DNA from: Vicingaceae bacterium
Lineage (GTDB): Bacteria > Bacteroidota > Bacteroidia > Flavobacteriales_E > Vicingaceae
Reading direction: 5' to 3'
Length of the DNA stretch: 64,000 nt
Assembly (NCBI GenBank): GCA_019429185.1
Contig: JAHYJH010000005.1
Span: forward strand, 2,928-66,927
This document shows, one piece after another, positions 1 to 11,469 of this stretch. The notes beneath the pieces are model-generated. The model had not been told where the DNA came from. It made no database searches and worked only from the letters and a program-made list of their open reading frames with translations. Both the position numbers and the translations under genes were made by a program. Numbering within the stretch: position 1 is the first letter of the stretch; each line of letters begins with the position of its first letter.

Positions 1-760
1 CTTTTTATTTCCGCCTTTTAACGGGTTAAATGAAATTTTATATTTTGACAACACAAATGGCGTTTTAACCCATAAAATAAACTTGCCATCACAAGCTGTA
101 TGGGGTTCATTCTCTCCTGATAATTCTAAATTTTATATTACTGATAGTGGAAATAGTTTATTTGTATATGATTTATGTGAGAATGACTCTATTTCAATTA
201 TCGAGTCAATAGACACATTAACTTATGGGGTTTTAAATAGCTCTGATTTAGCAGGATTGCAAATTGGTCTTGATTTAAAAATATATAGCTCCTGTTTCTG
301 TGATAGTATTAGTGTAATTTCTAACCCTAACAAGGGTAGTGGCTTTAATGCGAAATCTATTTCACTAAATGGAAAATTAGGAGCTAATGGAACTCCTAAT
401 TTTATAGATTATTATTTCAATCAAACTAATCCGTGTTCTGACACTATAATTGACAAAATTATATTAACAGAACTGATAGTTCCCAATATTTTTACTCCCA
501 ACAACGATGGTATTAATGATGTGTTCAGTATTGAAATAAATGGCTATGAAAATATAGCATGGAAAATATACAACCGATGGGGGCAGTCAGTTAAAAGTGG
601 AAAGTTAAAAGTAGAAAGTGATGGTGCTGTTGAATTATGGGACGGTAGAACCCATCCAGGAACTAAGGCACGAGATGGCACCTATTATTACATTATTAAC
701 CTAACAAAAAAAGGAGGTAACCATGAAACAAAAAAAGGATTTGTTCAAATCCTCAACTAA
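1..760 (+). CDS. T9SS type B (CHU_C / gliding-motility-associated C-terminal domain) cargo protein, 5'-partial
   Basis: The frame of the listed ORF is open back to base 2, so the gene starts upstream of the window. C-terminus has the IFTPNNDGINDVF...YNRWGQ...WDG motif typical of type B sorting domains. Confidence 0.75.
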   Translation, partial: FLFPPFNGLNEILYFDNTNGVLTHKINLPSQAVWGSFSPDNSKFYITDSGNSLFVYDLCENDSISIIESIDTLTYGVLNSSDLAGLQIGLDLKIYSSCFCDSISVISNPNKGSGFNAKSISLNGKLGANGTPNFIDYYFNQTNPCSDTIIDKIILTELIVPNIFTPNNDGINDVFSIEINGYENIAWKIYNRWGQSVKSGKLKVESDGAVELWDGRTHPGTKARDGTYYYIINLTKKGGNHETKKGFVQILN

Positions 761-793
761 CCCAATTTACTAACCATTTAAACGAAAAAAATT

Positions 794-3700
794 ATGAAAC
801 AAATTAAAAAAATCATCATCGGAAGCTTATTAAGTTTACCGATGATAAGTAATGCACAGTTCATCCCACTACCTGGTGCAGGAAGAACACAACCAGCGAT
901 TCAAAAAATAGGGATGGGTTTTTTTCCTAATACTGGAAGTATTAACGCCAAACTGCATGTTAGCCAGTTTTTATTGGCAAACAACCCTGCAACAGATGGT
1001 TTTCTATTCCGCACCGATGGCAGCAGCACCGTAGCCAACAGTTGGCAGCTATTTACAGGAGTAGCCACAGGCAGCGTAACCGAAAAGTTTAAGCTGTTTG
1101 TGTCTGCCAATAGCAATGATGCCACCTTGCAAACCACCCAAAACGGAATAATGCGGTTTAATACTAATGGCATCAACCGGATGACCGTTTTCGGAAATGG
1201 AATACTAAATACCGATGGAAGAATCGCTATGGGAAATGACCTACCTCTTGGTTTCACACCAACAGCTCGCTTACATTTGCATCATACAGAACCAACATTA
1301 GGGTTGGTTAATACTACAACAAAATACACCGACCTTTCAACAGGTTTTGGAAATAATGATGGGTTTGAAGTAGGCTACTCTTCCAGTTCCACTATTGCGT
1401 TTTCTAACTTCGCTCAACTACGCAACAGAGAAAATACCCCCATGAAATTTTTTACTACAAACAGAGAACGTATCCATGTTAATGCTGATCGAACTGTTAC
1501 ACTTGATGGATATAATGTGCCAACAAACGGTTTTGTAGGTATTGGAAATCCCTCCCAAGGAGGTATTCTGCCAGGTCTTTGGGATCAAAGAGGTCCTTTC
1601 TCTTTGTTACACTTAAACGGTAGAACTGGTTTAAATTCTTTTGTATTTGCAGGAGGTTATCGTCCGTGGATGCGAACAGGGATAACTTTTAGCGACCAAA
1701 TAGATTTGGGTTATGTTGGGCTACGCTCAGTTTTTCCGCCTGGAAACATCAATGAAATGGTTATTAACATGAGCAATGATCCTGCACCAGGTTTTGGACC
1801 AGATGATATTGTTTTTCGTTTTTCAGTTGCTGGAAATGGAAACACAACTATTGACGATGATTTTGATGCTTATAACGACTTAGATGGTCGTCATCTTGCT
1901 CGGTTTACTGGTTCAGGAGATTTTGGCTTAGGACCTGTGTTTGGTGTAGTTCAGTCCAACGCTAACTATGTAAGACCAGCTTCTTTACAACATCTTAGTT
2001 TAATGAAATTACGTTCTGTTTATACCCAATACACCAATAGAGATGATTTAATAAACACAGGGACAGGAGAAACAGCAGCAGATGGGCTACGCATCGGTAT
2101 TCATGGTAACAATAATATCAATATGAACGGAAATGCCTTGATTTACAATCAGGAAACTAGACATTTGTTATTTTCTACAGGAGTTAATACTAATGCCGTA
2201 AATATAAACAACGGAATTACTTTTGAGCGTATGCGAATCACTTCTGTTGGTGCTCCAACAAACTTAGCAAATGGAGGTTACGGCACAAACAATCCAGGTA
2301 ATATAAATAGCAATTTTACACGTGTTGCTATAAGTCAAAACCCTGCACAGCCTATTACTCGTCCACTTAGTTTGTTGCATTTGGGTTTTAATACTGGAGC
2401 AGTAGGCGGAGGTACAACAGATGGTTGGAGAAACTGGATGGATATAGGAACTTTTACCAGCAATAGCACTGATAATATGTATGTGGGGTTAAAAAGAGAA
2501 GCAGGTGGCGTTCCTGGAATCGATCGTTTTGATGCCGTAATCAACTGGGGCGACAACAGTGGTGTTAATCCATTAAATGGACCAGATAATTTGCGATTTA
2601 TTTTTACAGAAACTACCACAGGAACTATCCCAGGCAATGCACCAGCAACAAGTAATGAAGGGTTAGAAGTAGCTCGTTTCGACCCTAGAAGAGCTTCAAC
2701 GCTTACAGGCGTAAACTTTGGCATGATGGGCATAGGTGATTTCTCTCCTACAGGACCTAACACTGCAGTTCTTGATGTAGTGGATGCAAAATTGGATATT
2801 GATGGTGATTTGAGGATTAGAGAAGTAACAGAAGATACTACCTTATTGCAAGTATTGGTTATTGATAGTAATGACCATAACCGGGTACATTGGAGGTCTA
2901 TTAGTAATTTTGGTGGAACATGTAATTCTTCATCTGTTATTCCTTTGGCATCTAGTTGGGAAATAAAATTAGGTGGAAATACTTACAATTTTAGTGATAA
3001 AGGTGCTGTAAATATCACTCATTTTACTACTTGTAATCAGCTATCAAAACTCCTTGTTGATGATGACCTATTTGGTGTAACTTCTATTGTAAGAAACAGC
3101 ACAAACACGCCAGGTAATATAGCTGGAATGTTTATTGGTTCATCTGCAAGTAAAGTTCATGCTCTTGTTGTTCCTTTTGATGGCGGAAACGTAGGTTTTG
3201 GAACAATTTCACCAAATCCAACTTATCGTTTAGAAGTTTTTGGTGGCTCTAATTTTAATGGAAGCATCTTTCATAATGGGAATTTTATACTCTCTGATCA
3301 ACAATTTAAAACCAATGTTGAAGATATTAAAAGTGCAACAGCCATTTTAAAAAAACTAAAACCACATACCTATAAAATGGACACTGTTAATTTTCCTCAA
3401 TTTAATTTTGAAGAAAGATTGCAATATGGTTTTATCGCTCAAGAAGTTGAAGGTGTTTTACCCAACTTGGTTCATGAGTCTTACATGACCGATAAATTGG
3501 ATAGTTTAGGAAATATTATTTATCCTGCTGTTAATTATAAATCATTAAACTACAATGCATTAATTCCTATTACTGTTCAGGCTGTGAATGAAATTAATGC
3601 AAAAATTGATAAATCTACGTTATCCGACCAAACGGTAAAAACCAACGTGCAAACATTAAATGGTTCGTTGGCAAAAGTAAAACAAATGCGTGGCGTTTCT

Positions 3701-4309
3701 TACGCTTGGAGTACTTCTGCTCAAAACAACATGGAGTTGGATAGTTTAGAACACATTGGTTTTATTGCTCAGGAAGTTGCTGCCGTAGAACCTTTGTTAA
3801 CTTTTGTTGATGATTCTAGTTTAGTACACGTAAATTATGATCGTGTTGCTCCTCTTTTAGTGGAAAGTGTGAAAGAATTGGATGAAAAAATTATAGCAAA
3901 AGATTCTATTATCAATGATCTTGAAGCTCGGTTGGCTTATTTAGAAGCTTGTATTGAAAGTGCAAACATTTGTGCTGGAAACAATAGAACAACGAATAAC
4001 GAACCAACTAATTACAGAGCAACCCAAAGCGTTAAATTAGAAAATCTCAACGCAATAATTTTAGATCAAAATTTGCCCAATCCGTTTGCAGAAAGCACTC
4101 AAATTAACTATGTGCTACCTGATGATGTGATGAATGCTAAAATGTTGTTCTATGATATGAATGGGCGTATCATCAATGAAGTGAACATCAACGAGCGTGG
4201 TAACGGAACACTTACTGTGTATGGTGAAAACCTTGAAAAAGGGATTTATACTTATTCGCTTATTGCTGATGGCAAACTCATTGCTACCAAAAAAATGGTG
4301 AAAAAGTAA
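794..4309 (+). CDS. Large secreted protein with two tail-fiber / peptidase S74-like intramolecular chaperone domains and a T9SS type A C-terminal sorting domain
   Basis: N-terminal signal peptide (LLSLPMISNAQ). Two S74-like segments: LSDQQFKTNVEDI...YGFIAQEVEGVLPNLV and LSDQTVKTNVQTL...IGFIAQEVAAVEPLL. C-terminus LPNPFAESTQINYVLP...GIYTYSL matches the Por secretion tail. Confidence 0.8.
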   Translation: MKQIKKIIIGSLLSLPMISNAQFIPLPGAGRTQPAIQKIGMGFFPNTGSINAKLHVSQFLLANNPATDGFLFRTDGSSTVANSWQLFTGVATGSVTEKFKLFVSANSNDATLQTTQNGIMRFNTNGINRMTVFGNGILNTDGRIAMGNDLPLGFTPTARLHLHHTEPTLGLVNTTTKYTDLSTGFGNNDGFEVGYSSSSTIAFSNFAQLRNRENTPMKFFTTNRERIHVNADRTVTLDGYNVPTNGFVGIGNPSQGGILPGLWDQRGPFSLLHLNGRTGLNSFVFAGGYRPWMRTGITFSDQIDLGYVGLRSVFPPGNINEMVINMSNDPAPGFGPDDIVFRFSVAGNGNTTIDDDFDAYNDLDGRHLARFTGSGDFGLGPVFGVVQSNANYVRPASLQHLSLMKLRSVYTQYTNRDDLINTGTGETAADGLRIGIHGNNNINMNGNALIYNQETRHLLFSTGVNTNAVNINNGITFERMRITSVGAPTNLANGGYGTNNPGNINSNFTRVAISQNPAQPITRPLSLLHLGFNTGAVGGGTTDGWRNWMDIGTFTSNSTDNMYVGLKREAGGVPGIDRFDAVINWGDNSGVNPLNGPDNLRFIFTETTTGTIPGNAPATSNEGLEVARFDPRRASTLTGVNFGMMGIGDFSPTGPNTAVLDVVDAKLDIDGDLRIREVTEDTTLLQVLVIDSNDHNRVHWRSISNFGGTCNSSSVIPLASSWEIKLGGNTYNFSDKGAVNITHFTTCNQLSKLLVDDDLFGVTSIVRNSTNTPGNIAGMFIGSSASKVHALVVPFDGGNVGFGTISPNPTYRLEVFGGSNFNGSIFHNGNFILSDQQFKTNVEDIKSATAILKKLKPHTYKMDTVNFPQFNFEERLQYGFIAQEVEGVLPNLVHESYMTDKLDSLGNIIYPAVNYKSLNYNALIPITVQAVNEINAKIDKSTLSDQTVKTNVQTLNGSLAKVKQMRGVSYAWSTSAQNNMELDSLEHIGFIAQEVAAVEPLLTFVDDSSLVHVNYDRVAPLLVESVKELDEKIIAKDSIINDLEARLAYLEACIESANICAGNNRTTNNEPTNYRATQSVKLENLNAIILDQNLPNPFAESTQINYVLPDDVMNAKMLFYDMNGRIINEVNINERGNGTLTVYGENLEKGIYTYSLIADGKLIATKKMVKK

Positions 4310-4328
4310 GAAACAAATTTTATTCTTT

Positions 4329-4367
4329 AAAGCATTTCTGAATATATACTCAGAAATGCTTTTTTTA
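4329..4367. terminator. Bidirectional rho-independent terminator between convergent genes
   Basis: aaagcatttctga / tcagaaatgcttt 13-bp stem followed by a T-run. It overlaps the stop codon of the minus-strand radical SAM gene. Confidence 0.6.
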
Positions 4368-5390
4368 TCCTTCAAAAACTTTAGTTCCTTCGGTGCAGTT
4401 TTTACAAATATCAATGCTTTGCCTGTTAATCAATATGTTTTTTCTAAATTTTTGATACGCTTCAGATTTCCATAGTTGGTTGAAATTTGATGTTGACAAA
4501 TCACCCAATTGATGTGTGGCATCCTTATCGAAACAGCAAGGAACAACTTTGCCATCCCAAGTAATTACACATGAACTCCACATACGCCAACATTCATTGA
4601 GCAACTTATTTTTTAGTGCATATTTGCCATTCGCTTGTTTTTTATATCTCGAATATTTTTCAATGGTTGGCAAAAGTGGGTTTCCGTTTTCATAAGCATA
4701 CACTTGAGCTGTTTTAAAACGAATTTCATCCACGCCAAGTTCTTGTGCCAACTTTTTTGCATCCTCAATTTGATGTTCGTTGGGTTTTACCACCAAAAAT
4801 TGAAAAATAACATAAGGCGTGTTGGATTGTAATTCTTTTTTCCATTTTAAGATGTTTTTTGTTCCAGCCAATACCTTGTCTAATTTTCCGTGAACTCTAT
4901 AATTTTCATACACTTCTTGCGTAATCCCATCTATGGAAATAATTAACCTGTCCAACCCCGATTGAATGGTTTTTTTTGCCACTTCATCCGTTAAAAAATG
5001 AGCATTGGTAGAGGTTGCTGTATATATTTTTTTGGAGTTGGCATAAGCCACCATATCCAAAAAGTTAGGATTAATGAAAGGCTCTCCTTGAAAATAAAAA
5101 TTGAGATAAAATACGTGTTTTTCAACTTGATTTATAATGGATTCATACAATGGTTTTTTGAGATTTCCTTCGGGACGAGAAAATTTTTTCAACCCACTTG
5201 GACATTCGGGGCAACCTAAATTACAAGCAGTAGTAGGTTCAATGGTAAGGCTAATAGGCAATCCTTTTATATTCCCTTTTTTAGTGATTTTTTCTATCCA
5301 AAAACTTAAATATACCTTACAAGCATTATAGATACGAGCAAAAGTCATCTTACTTGCTAAATTAAATGTATCGGAACTAAAAGGAAGCAT
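4365..5390 (-). CDS. Radical SAM / SPASM-domain protein
   Basis: CNLGCPECPSG (CxxxCxxC) cluster motif near the N-terminus. Cys-rich C-terminal part (CCFDKD...CKNC) resembles a SPASM domain. True start may be the internal Met at 5348. Confidence 0.8.
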   Translation of the reverse strand: MLPFSSDTFNLASKMTFARIYNACKVYLSFWIEKITKKGNIKGLPISLTIEPTTACNLGCPECPSGLKKFSRPEGNLKKPLYESIINQVEKHVFYLNFYFQGEPFINPNFLDMVAYANSKKIYTATSTNAHFLTDEVAKKTIQSGLDRLIISIDGITQEVYENYRVHGKLDKVLAGTKNILKWKKELQSNTPYVIFQFLVVKPNEHQIEDAKKLAQELGVDEIRFKTAQVYAYENGNPLLPTIEKYSRYKKQANGKYALKNKLLNECWRMWSSCVITWDGKVVPCCFDKDATHQLGDLSTSNFNQLWKSEAYQKFRKNILINRQSIDICKNCTEGTKVFEG

Positions 5391-5561
5391 TTGTCAAATT
5401 TACATAATCGGTTTAAAAATTAATGAATTACCATTAGTTAAACCATAAATTCTAGTAATTTTAATTTTTCATCTGTTTATAATTATTTGTTTTTTATCGG
5501 GAGGGGAATCCAACACACAAAGCCTATAATAACGACAAAACCTTGCCTTTACTTTATAGGC

Positions 5562-6536
5562 TTAATACTCCCTCTGCATCAATCTTTTAGCGAACTGCTC
5601 AAAAACCAGTTTTTTCTCAGTAGGAACTTCGATGCTATCCAAATGAGTAATGGCAGTATTATAAAAATGATTCATTTCATTCATAGTTAGTTCTTTAATT
5701 TTTAACTGACTATAAATGGCTTTCACTCGATTTACTTTGGTGGCAGGGGCTAATGTTTTGGAGGAAAGACAAAATTCTAGTTCTTTTTTTAGCTCATTTT
5801 TTGCTAATTCCTGAGTTTTTAAAAGCAGGTAGGTTTTTTTATTAGAAATAATATCTCCACCCACTTGTTTTCCAACTTTTTCGGGGTTGCCATACACATC
5901 TAGCAAATCGTCCATCAATTGAAACGCAATACCTATGTTTTGACCAAAAGCGTAAATATGATTAACATCTGCAACAGATGCATTGGCTATCAATGCTCCA
6001 ATTCTTAGACTTGCACCTAACAAAACTGCTGTTTTTAGCTCTATCATTTTCAAATAATCATCAATAGTGATATTTTGTTGTGTTTCAAAATTCATATCAT
6101 ATTGCTGCCCTTCGCACACTTCTGCTGCCATTTTGTTGAAAGTTTTTAATACTTCAGGCAAAATAACATTGTTGCAAGTGCTGATGAGTTTATAGGCTTC
6201 TACTAACATCACATCTCCAGAAAGGATGGCTGTATTTACATTCCATTTTTTAAAAACGGTTGGATGCCCTCTCCTAATTGGTGCATTATCCATAATATCA
6301 TCATGAATCAATGTGAAATTATGAAAGATTTCTATGGCTATTGCAGCATCAATGGCTAATGCTTGTTTTCCTCCAAACAAATCATTTGCTAATAAAAGCA
6401 AAGCGGGTCGGATACGTTTTCCTCCTAAACCAAGTGTGTAATTTAATGGCTGATAGAGTTGTTGAGGCTCTTTATTAAACGGTCTTTTTTTAATTTCATC
6501 ATCAATTACATGAATGAAATGAGTTAATTTATCCAT
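5562..6536 (-). CDS. Polyprenyl diphosphate synthase (trans-isoprenyl diphosphate synthase family)
   Basis: Both Asp-rich motifs are present: LIHDDIMD and QLMDDLLD. Confidence 0.9.
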   Translation of the reverse strand: MDKLTHFIHVIDDEIKKRPFNKEPQQLYQPLNYTLGLGGKRIRPALLLLANDLFGGKQALAIDAAIAIEIFHNFTLIHDDIMDNAPIRRGHPTVFKKWNVNTAILSGDVMLVEAYKLISTCNNVILPEVLKTFNKMAAEVCEGQQYDMNFETQQNITIDDYLKMIELKTAVLLGASLRIGALIANASVADVNHIYAFGQNIGIAFQLMDDLLDVYGNPEKVGKQVGGDIISNKKTYLLLKTQELAKNELKKELEFCLSSKTLAPATKVNRVKAIYSQLKIKELTMNEMNHFYNTAITHLDSIEVPTEKKLVFEQFAKRLMQREY

Positions 6537-6586
6537 TCTAACTTTTTAGCGTTTAAAGTAGGGTGAAACATAATGTAATTTTGGTA

Positions 6587-7531
6587 TTATACAATAAAAG
6601 AAGTGTCTTGAAGTACCATTTTCAACCCTTCTTCTAGTGGTATCAATTCTTGACTAAGAATACTTTTCATTTTAGAAATATCGGGTTTTCTTCTAGTCAT
6701 ATCACCTTCTTCAAGAGGTGGAAGATGCACAATTTTTGAAGATGAATGGGTAAGTTTAATAATTAAATTGGCTAAATCTAGAATGGTTGTTTCAACGTCA
6801 TTTCCAATGTTAATCGTTTGGTTTTTAAAAGTATTACTGAAGGCTGCTTTTATTGTGGCATCAATATTATTTTTTATAAAACAAAATGTGCGTGTTTGTT
6901 GTCCTTCTCCATAAATAGTAATATCTTCATTTAAAAGTGCTGCATTGATAAATTTAGAGATAACAAAATCTTTACTTTGTTTTGGTCCATAGGTATTAAA
7001 GAATCTGAAAATGGTATAATCCAACCCAAATTCTTGTTTATAAGATTTCAAAAAAGCTTCTCCAACATTTTTTACTATTGCATAAGGTAGTCTGGAATTT
7101 AATGGTGTTGTTTCCTCATTTTGTGGGTATTCAACGGGTTCTCCATATACTTCTGAGGAAGAAGAATACATAATTCTTTTTACTCCCGTATTTTTTGAAA
7201 GGTTCAATATATTTTCAATTCCACTAATATCTCGGAGTACTTTGGTTGGATTTTCTAATGTACGCTTAACGCCTACCAATGCGGCATAATGAAAAACATA
7301 ATCAAAAGAAAAGGTATGAAAAATGCTTCTTATTTCATGTTCTTTATTCACATCACATTGAATAAATTTTAGGTTATCAAAAGGAGCTGTTGGTATTTTA
7401 TTTCTGTTGCCTGTTTTCAAATTATCTACAACGACAACAAAATTGGTTGGGTTTTTTATTAGTTCTTCTACCACAGAACTACCAATAAATCCAGCTCCAC
7501 CAGTAACTAATATTATTGTTTGATTATTCAT
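6587..7531 (-). CDS. NAD-dependent epimerase/dehydratase (extended SDR, UDP-glucuronate decarboxylase-like)
   Basis: GGAGFIGS Rossmann motif, YAIVK (YxxxK) catalytic motif, and a C-terminal RRKPDISK segment. Confidence 0.85.
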   Translation of the reverse strand: MNNQTIILVTGGAGFIGSSVVEELIKNPTNFVVVVDNLKTGNRNKIPTAPFDNLKFIQCDVNKEHEIRSIFHTFSFDYVFHYAALVGVKRTLENPTKVLRDISGIENILNLSKNTGVKRIMYSSSSEVYGEPVEYPQNEETTPLNSRLPYAIVKNVGEAFLKSYKQEFGLDYTIFRFFNTYGPKQSKDFVISKFINAALLNEDITIYGEGQQTRTFCFIKNNIDATIKAAFSNTFKNQTINIGNDVETTILDLANLIIKLTHSSSKIVHLPPLEEGDMTRRKPDISKMKSILSQELIPLEEGLKMVLQDTSFIV

Positions 7532-8387
7532 TAACGATGTCCATTAAATAGTTTCCATAACCACTTTTAACTAAAGGTTCTGCTAATTTTAACAATTGTG
7601 TTTTTGTAATAAAACCTTTTCTGTATGCAATTTCTTCTAAACAACCTATTTTTAATCCTTGTCGTTCTTCAATTACCTGAACAAACTGTGAGGCTTGCAT
7701 TAGAGATTGATGTGTTCCTGTATCTAACCAAGCTGTTCCTCTGTCTAAAATACCAACTTCTAAATCTCCTTGTTGTAAGTAAATTTTATTAATATCGGTA
7801 ATTTCATATTCTCCTCTGCTACTAGGTTGCAGTGTTTTTGCCATTTCAACTACTTCATTATTGTAAAAATAAAGACCTGGCACTGCAAAGTGTGATTTGG
7901 GTTTAGTTGGTTTTTCTTCTATAGAAATTGCTTTGTTGTTTTCATCAAACTCAACCACTCCATATCGTTCTGGGTCGGAAACATGGTAGGCGAACACAAT
8001 CCCTCCTTTAGGTTCGGCATATTGCAACAAAAGTTGTTCTAATCCTGTTCCATAAAAAATATTATCCCCCAAAATTAATGCAACAGTATCATTTCCAATA
8101 AATTTTTCACCAATCACAAAAGCTTGGGCTAATCCGTTAGGAATTTCTTGAATAGCGTATTCAAACCTACAACCAAATTGGGAACCATCACCTAAAAGGG
8201 TTTTAAAACTTGGATTGTCATGAGGTGTGGTTATAATTAAAATTTCTTTTATTCCGGCACTCATTAAGATGGAGATGGGATAATAAATCATAGGTTTATC
8301 ATAAATGGGCATCAATTGCTTGCTAACAGCAAGTGTTAAGGGGTGCAACCTGGTTCCTGAGCCTCCTGCTAAAACAATTCCTTTCAT
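7524..8387 (-). CDS. rfbA: Glucose-1-phosphate thymidylyltransferase
   Basis: [19 protein letters not shown]-terminus and overall RmlA-like sequence. It overlaps the downstream epimerase gene by 8 nt. Confidence 0.9.
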   Translation of the reverse strand: MKGIVLAGGSGTRLHPLTLAVSKQLMPIYDKPMIYYPISILMSAGIKEILIITTPHDNPSFKTLLGDGSQFGCRFEYAIQEIPNGLAQAFVIGEKFIGNDTVALILGDNIFYGTGLEQLLLQYAEPKGGIVFAYHVSDPERYGVVEFDENNKAISIEEKPTKPKSHFAVPGLYFYNNEVVEMAKTLQPSSRGEYEITDINKIYLQQGDLEVGILDRGTAWLDTGTHQSLMQASQFVQVIEERQGLKIGCLEEIAYRKGFITKTQLLKLAEPLVKSGYGNYLMDIVNE

Positions 8388-8437
8388 TTTTTTAATTTTT
8401 AATTTTTTATAACTGCAAAATACAACAAATTTTATAA

Positions 8438-10897
8438 TTACTCTAACTTAATTTCTATTTCATCGTCTTGCTTATTTTTTTTTACTTTAAGTTGTTTTAA
8501 ATCAACATCTTCATCTTCGTCATATACATTGATAAGTGGTTCTCGTTTAAATGCTTTTGTGGTTAATGCTTTATCTAACGACAATAAGAAAGAGGGTAAT
8601 AAAATTAAGTCAGCAAATACGGCAAATAATAGTGTTAATGAAACAAGAACGCCTAAAGCAACAGTGCCTCCAAAGCTTGATGCGGTAAAAACACCAAAAC
8701 CAAAAAACAAAATGGTTGAGGTGTATATCATACTCACGCCTGTTTCTCTCAACGCTAAAATTGCGGCTTTTTTTATTCCTAGGCGATGTGCTTTAAGTTC
8801 TTGCCTATATTTTGATAGAAAATGTATGGTATCGTCAACAGAAATGCCAAAAGCGATACTAAAAATTAAAATCGTAGAAGGTTTTATTGGTATTCCAAAA
8901 TATCCCATAATTGCAGCTGTAGTAAGTAAAGGCAATAAATTAGGAATTAAGGAAACCACAACCATTCTTATAGAAGAAAACAGAAAAGACATAAGCGTTG
9001 CAATAAGCAATATAGCTAATGACAAGCTCATAAGGAGATTGGAAATTAAATAATCTGTCCCTTTGAGAAAAGTAACACTTGTTCCTGTGAGATATACATT
9101 ATATTCTTCTTTAGGAAAAATACTATCCACTTTTTGTCGTAATTCATTTAGCAAAACATCCATTTCTTTTGTGCCAATGTCAGCCATCTGAAAACTAACA
9201 CGCGTATATTGATTTGTGGAATCAATAAAAGAGGAAAAATTTTCTGTTTGTTTGTCGTTGTCAATATGTTTTTTAAGTTTGTTTAACTCGGATGCAGGAG
9301 GTAAAATAAAAAACTTAGGGTTGCCCTTTTTATGTGCTTGATAAGCAAATTTTATGGCTTCTACAATAGAAATTGGTTTAGAAAATTCATCATAATCAGC
9401 AAATTCTTTTTGTAGTTTTTGAATTTTATAGAGTGTTTTTCCGTTATCTGCAAAAACGCCATTTTTTTGCTTTGTATCTATCATAATTTCAAATGGCATC
9501 ACTCCATTAAATCCTTTTTCAAAAAACATTAAATCTTCAACAATTGGGTCGTGTTTGGGTAAATCGTCAATAATATTTCCAGATGTAGTCATTTTACTAA
9601 TTCCGAAAAGACTAAGAATTAATATGAGTGACGCTACCACATAAACTTTTTTTCTATGGTTTAACACAATAATTTCTATCCAACCAACCATTTTTTTCAT
9701 TATTTTGTTTTCCAAGTGCTTCGTGTGTCTTGCTTTCGGTGGTTTAAAAAAACTAAATATGATAGGAATCAAAAATATAGACAACAGAAACACAATAAAA
9801 ATATCTATGGCGGCAACGATACCAAACTCTACTAATATTGCACTTTTAGTAAAAATAAATGTTGCAAAACCCAAAGCGGTGGTAGTATTGGTTAAAAAAA
9901 TAGCATTACCTGTTTTTTCAATTACCCTGCTCAATGCTTTTATTTGATTATTGTGATTTTTATATTCTCTGTGATATTTATTAAGTAAAAAAATACAGTT
10001 TGGAATTCCAATGACAATAATTAATGGGGGGATTAACCCTGTAAGTAGGGTTATTTCAAAATTAAAAAGAGATAAAACGCCTAAAGACCAAACTACACCA
10101 ATGCTTACTACTAACATTGAATATATCGTTACTTTGAAAGATCTAAAAAACAGATATAAAATAAAAGAAGTAATTAATATCGAAAGAAATAGAAAGAGTT
10201 TTACCTCTGAAGCCACTTTTGTTGTAGAATTAGCTCTAATATAAGGAAGACCTGATTTATGTGCTTTTATACCTGTTTTATGTTCAAATAAGGCAACTTC
10301 TTCGTCAATTTTTTCAAACAATGCATTTCTGTATTTTGAATCTAATACTTCTCTGTCTAAAGTAACAACAATTAATGAGGCACCACTTTCTTTATTGAAC
10401 AAAAATCCATCATAGAAAGGTTGGCTATGAATAAGATTTTTAATACTGTCCAATTCATATTGAGAAGATGGTTTCTTCTTTACTATTTGATTAAAATCAA
10501 ATTTTTGTGTGCTATTATTTACTTTTAATGTATAAGCATTTGCAACAGAGAGTGCTTCTGTTACTGCTTTTATTTTAATGAGCTTATTATTTTTTTTTAA
10601 ATCTACCTCTATGCTTTTAAGCTGTTGTGTTAAATCATACCACGCATTAAATGTTGTTAGCTCATAGAGTTTTTCGCTATTTATTCCAACCACAACCACA
10701 CTGCCATCTTTGCCAAAGATTTTTTTAAAACTTTGATATTCTTGAAAATTTCTGTCAGATTTTGGAAGTATTTGAGCCATTTCATAGCTCATCTTAGCAA
10801 ATTGTGCTTGATAAGCCATAAAAATTGTTGATATTCCTATGAGAATAAGAATCAACAATCGGTTTCGTAATATTATTCTAGAAAAATTAAACCACAT
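8438..10897 (-). CDS. RND/MMPL-type (sterol-sensing-domain-like) membrane transporter
   Basis: 819 aa with two blocks of multiple TM helices separated by large soluble loops, the typical MMPL/HpnN-like layout. Confidence 0.75.
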   Translation of the reverse strand: MWFNFSRIILRNRLLILILIGISTIFMAYQAQFAKMSYEMAQILPKSDRNFQEYQSFKKIFGKDGSVVVVGINSEKLYELTTFNAWYDLTQQLKSIEVDLKKNNKLIKIKAVTEALSVANAYTLKVNNSTQKFDFNQIVKKKPSSQYELDSIKNLIHSQPFYDGFLFNKESGASLIVVTLDREVLDSKYRNALFEKIDEEVALFEHKTGIKAHKSGLPYIRANSTTKVASEVKLFLFLSILITSFILYLFFRSFKVTIYSMLVVSIGVVWSLGVLSLFNFEITLLTGLIPPLIIVIGIPNCIFLLNKYHREYKNHNNQIKALSRVIEKTGNAIFLTNTTTALGFATFIFTKSAILVEFGIVAAIDIFIVFLLSIFLIPIIFSFFKPPKARHTKHLENKIMKKMVGWIEIIVLNHRKKVYVVASLILILSLFGISKMTTSGNIIDDLPKHDPIVEDLMFFEKGFNGVMPFEIMIDTKQKNGVFADNGKTLYKIQKLQKEFADYDEFSKPISIVEAIKFAYQAHKKGNPKFFILPPASELNKLKKHIDNDKQTENFSSFIDSTNQYTRVSFQMADIGTKEMDVLLNELRQKVDSIFPKEEYNVYLTGTSVTFLKGTDYLISNLLMSLSLAILLIATLMSFLFSSIRMVVVSLIPNLLPLLTTAAIMGYFGIPIKPSTILIFSIAFGISVDDTIHFLSKYRQELKAHRLGIKKAAILALRETGVSMIYTSTILFFGFGVFTASSFGGTVALGVLVSLTLLFAVFADLILLPSFLLSLDKALTTKAFKREPLINVYDEDEDVDLKQLKVKKNKQDDEIEIKLE

Positions 10898-10968
10898 AGA
10901 AATAAATTGTCTAAGAAAAACTCGGCAAATATCACGATTATTAACGAAAGCGAAAGAATGTTTTTAGA

Positions 10969-11400
10969 TTAATTTCTAATAGGTAGCTTATCAAAAATAT
11001 ATTGCGTCTTTTCATCATCAACTCTAACTTGTAAATAAGTGTCTGAAGAAATGATTGTATTACTTATCTCTCCTTCTCTTATCAACATAGATCCTTCGTA
11101 ACTAATATAACGAGTAATTCCTGCTCCAACAAGAATAATGATAAAAGCGACATGAAACACCAATGTTGCGGCTTTCTCCCATCGATATAGTTTGTATTTA
11201 AAAATGTTGCCCAATAAATTAATGGTTAACAATATCAATATCAATTCAAACCATTTGGTATTAAAAACCAACGCCTTTGAAGCTGTTGTTCCATAGTCGT
11301 TTTCGATAAAAGTTGCAGTACCAATTGATATGGCAAAAACCAACAATAAAATGGCTGTTAGCTTGGTAGAAAAGATACTATTTTTAATGAAATTGAGCAT
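10969..11400 (-). pseudogene. N-terminal fragment of cytochrome c biogenesis protein ResB/CcsBA (truncated after about 140 aa)
   Basis: FIENDYGT...WFE...ITRY...REGE matches the N-terminus of Bacteroidota ResB/CcsBA proteins as I recall them (usually about 1000 aa). The ORF stops at 143 aa, and the next gene starts 70 bp later. Confidence 0.5.
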
Positions 11401-11469
11401 AAGATATTTTTTAACAAAAATAACTATTACTAACAGGTTTGTTTAACGTCTCTCAATTAAAGTTTCTAA

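Noticed and set aside
8529-10244. Plus-strand ORFs inside the RND/MMPL gene (8529..9053, 9705..9947, 10011..10244), and similar antisense ORFs within 794..4309, 13996..15792, 17339..19816, 54152..59602 and 60448..63033
   Set aside because: They are antisense shadows of long, well-supported genes and have no independent motifs.
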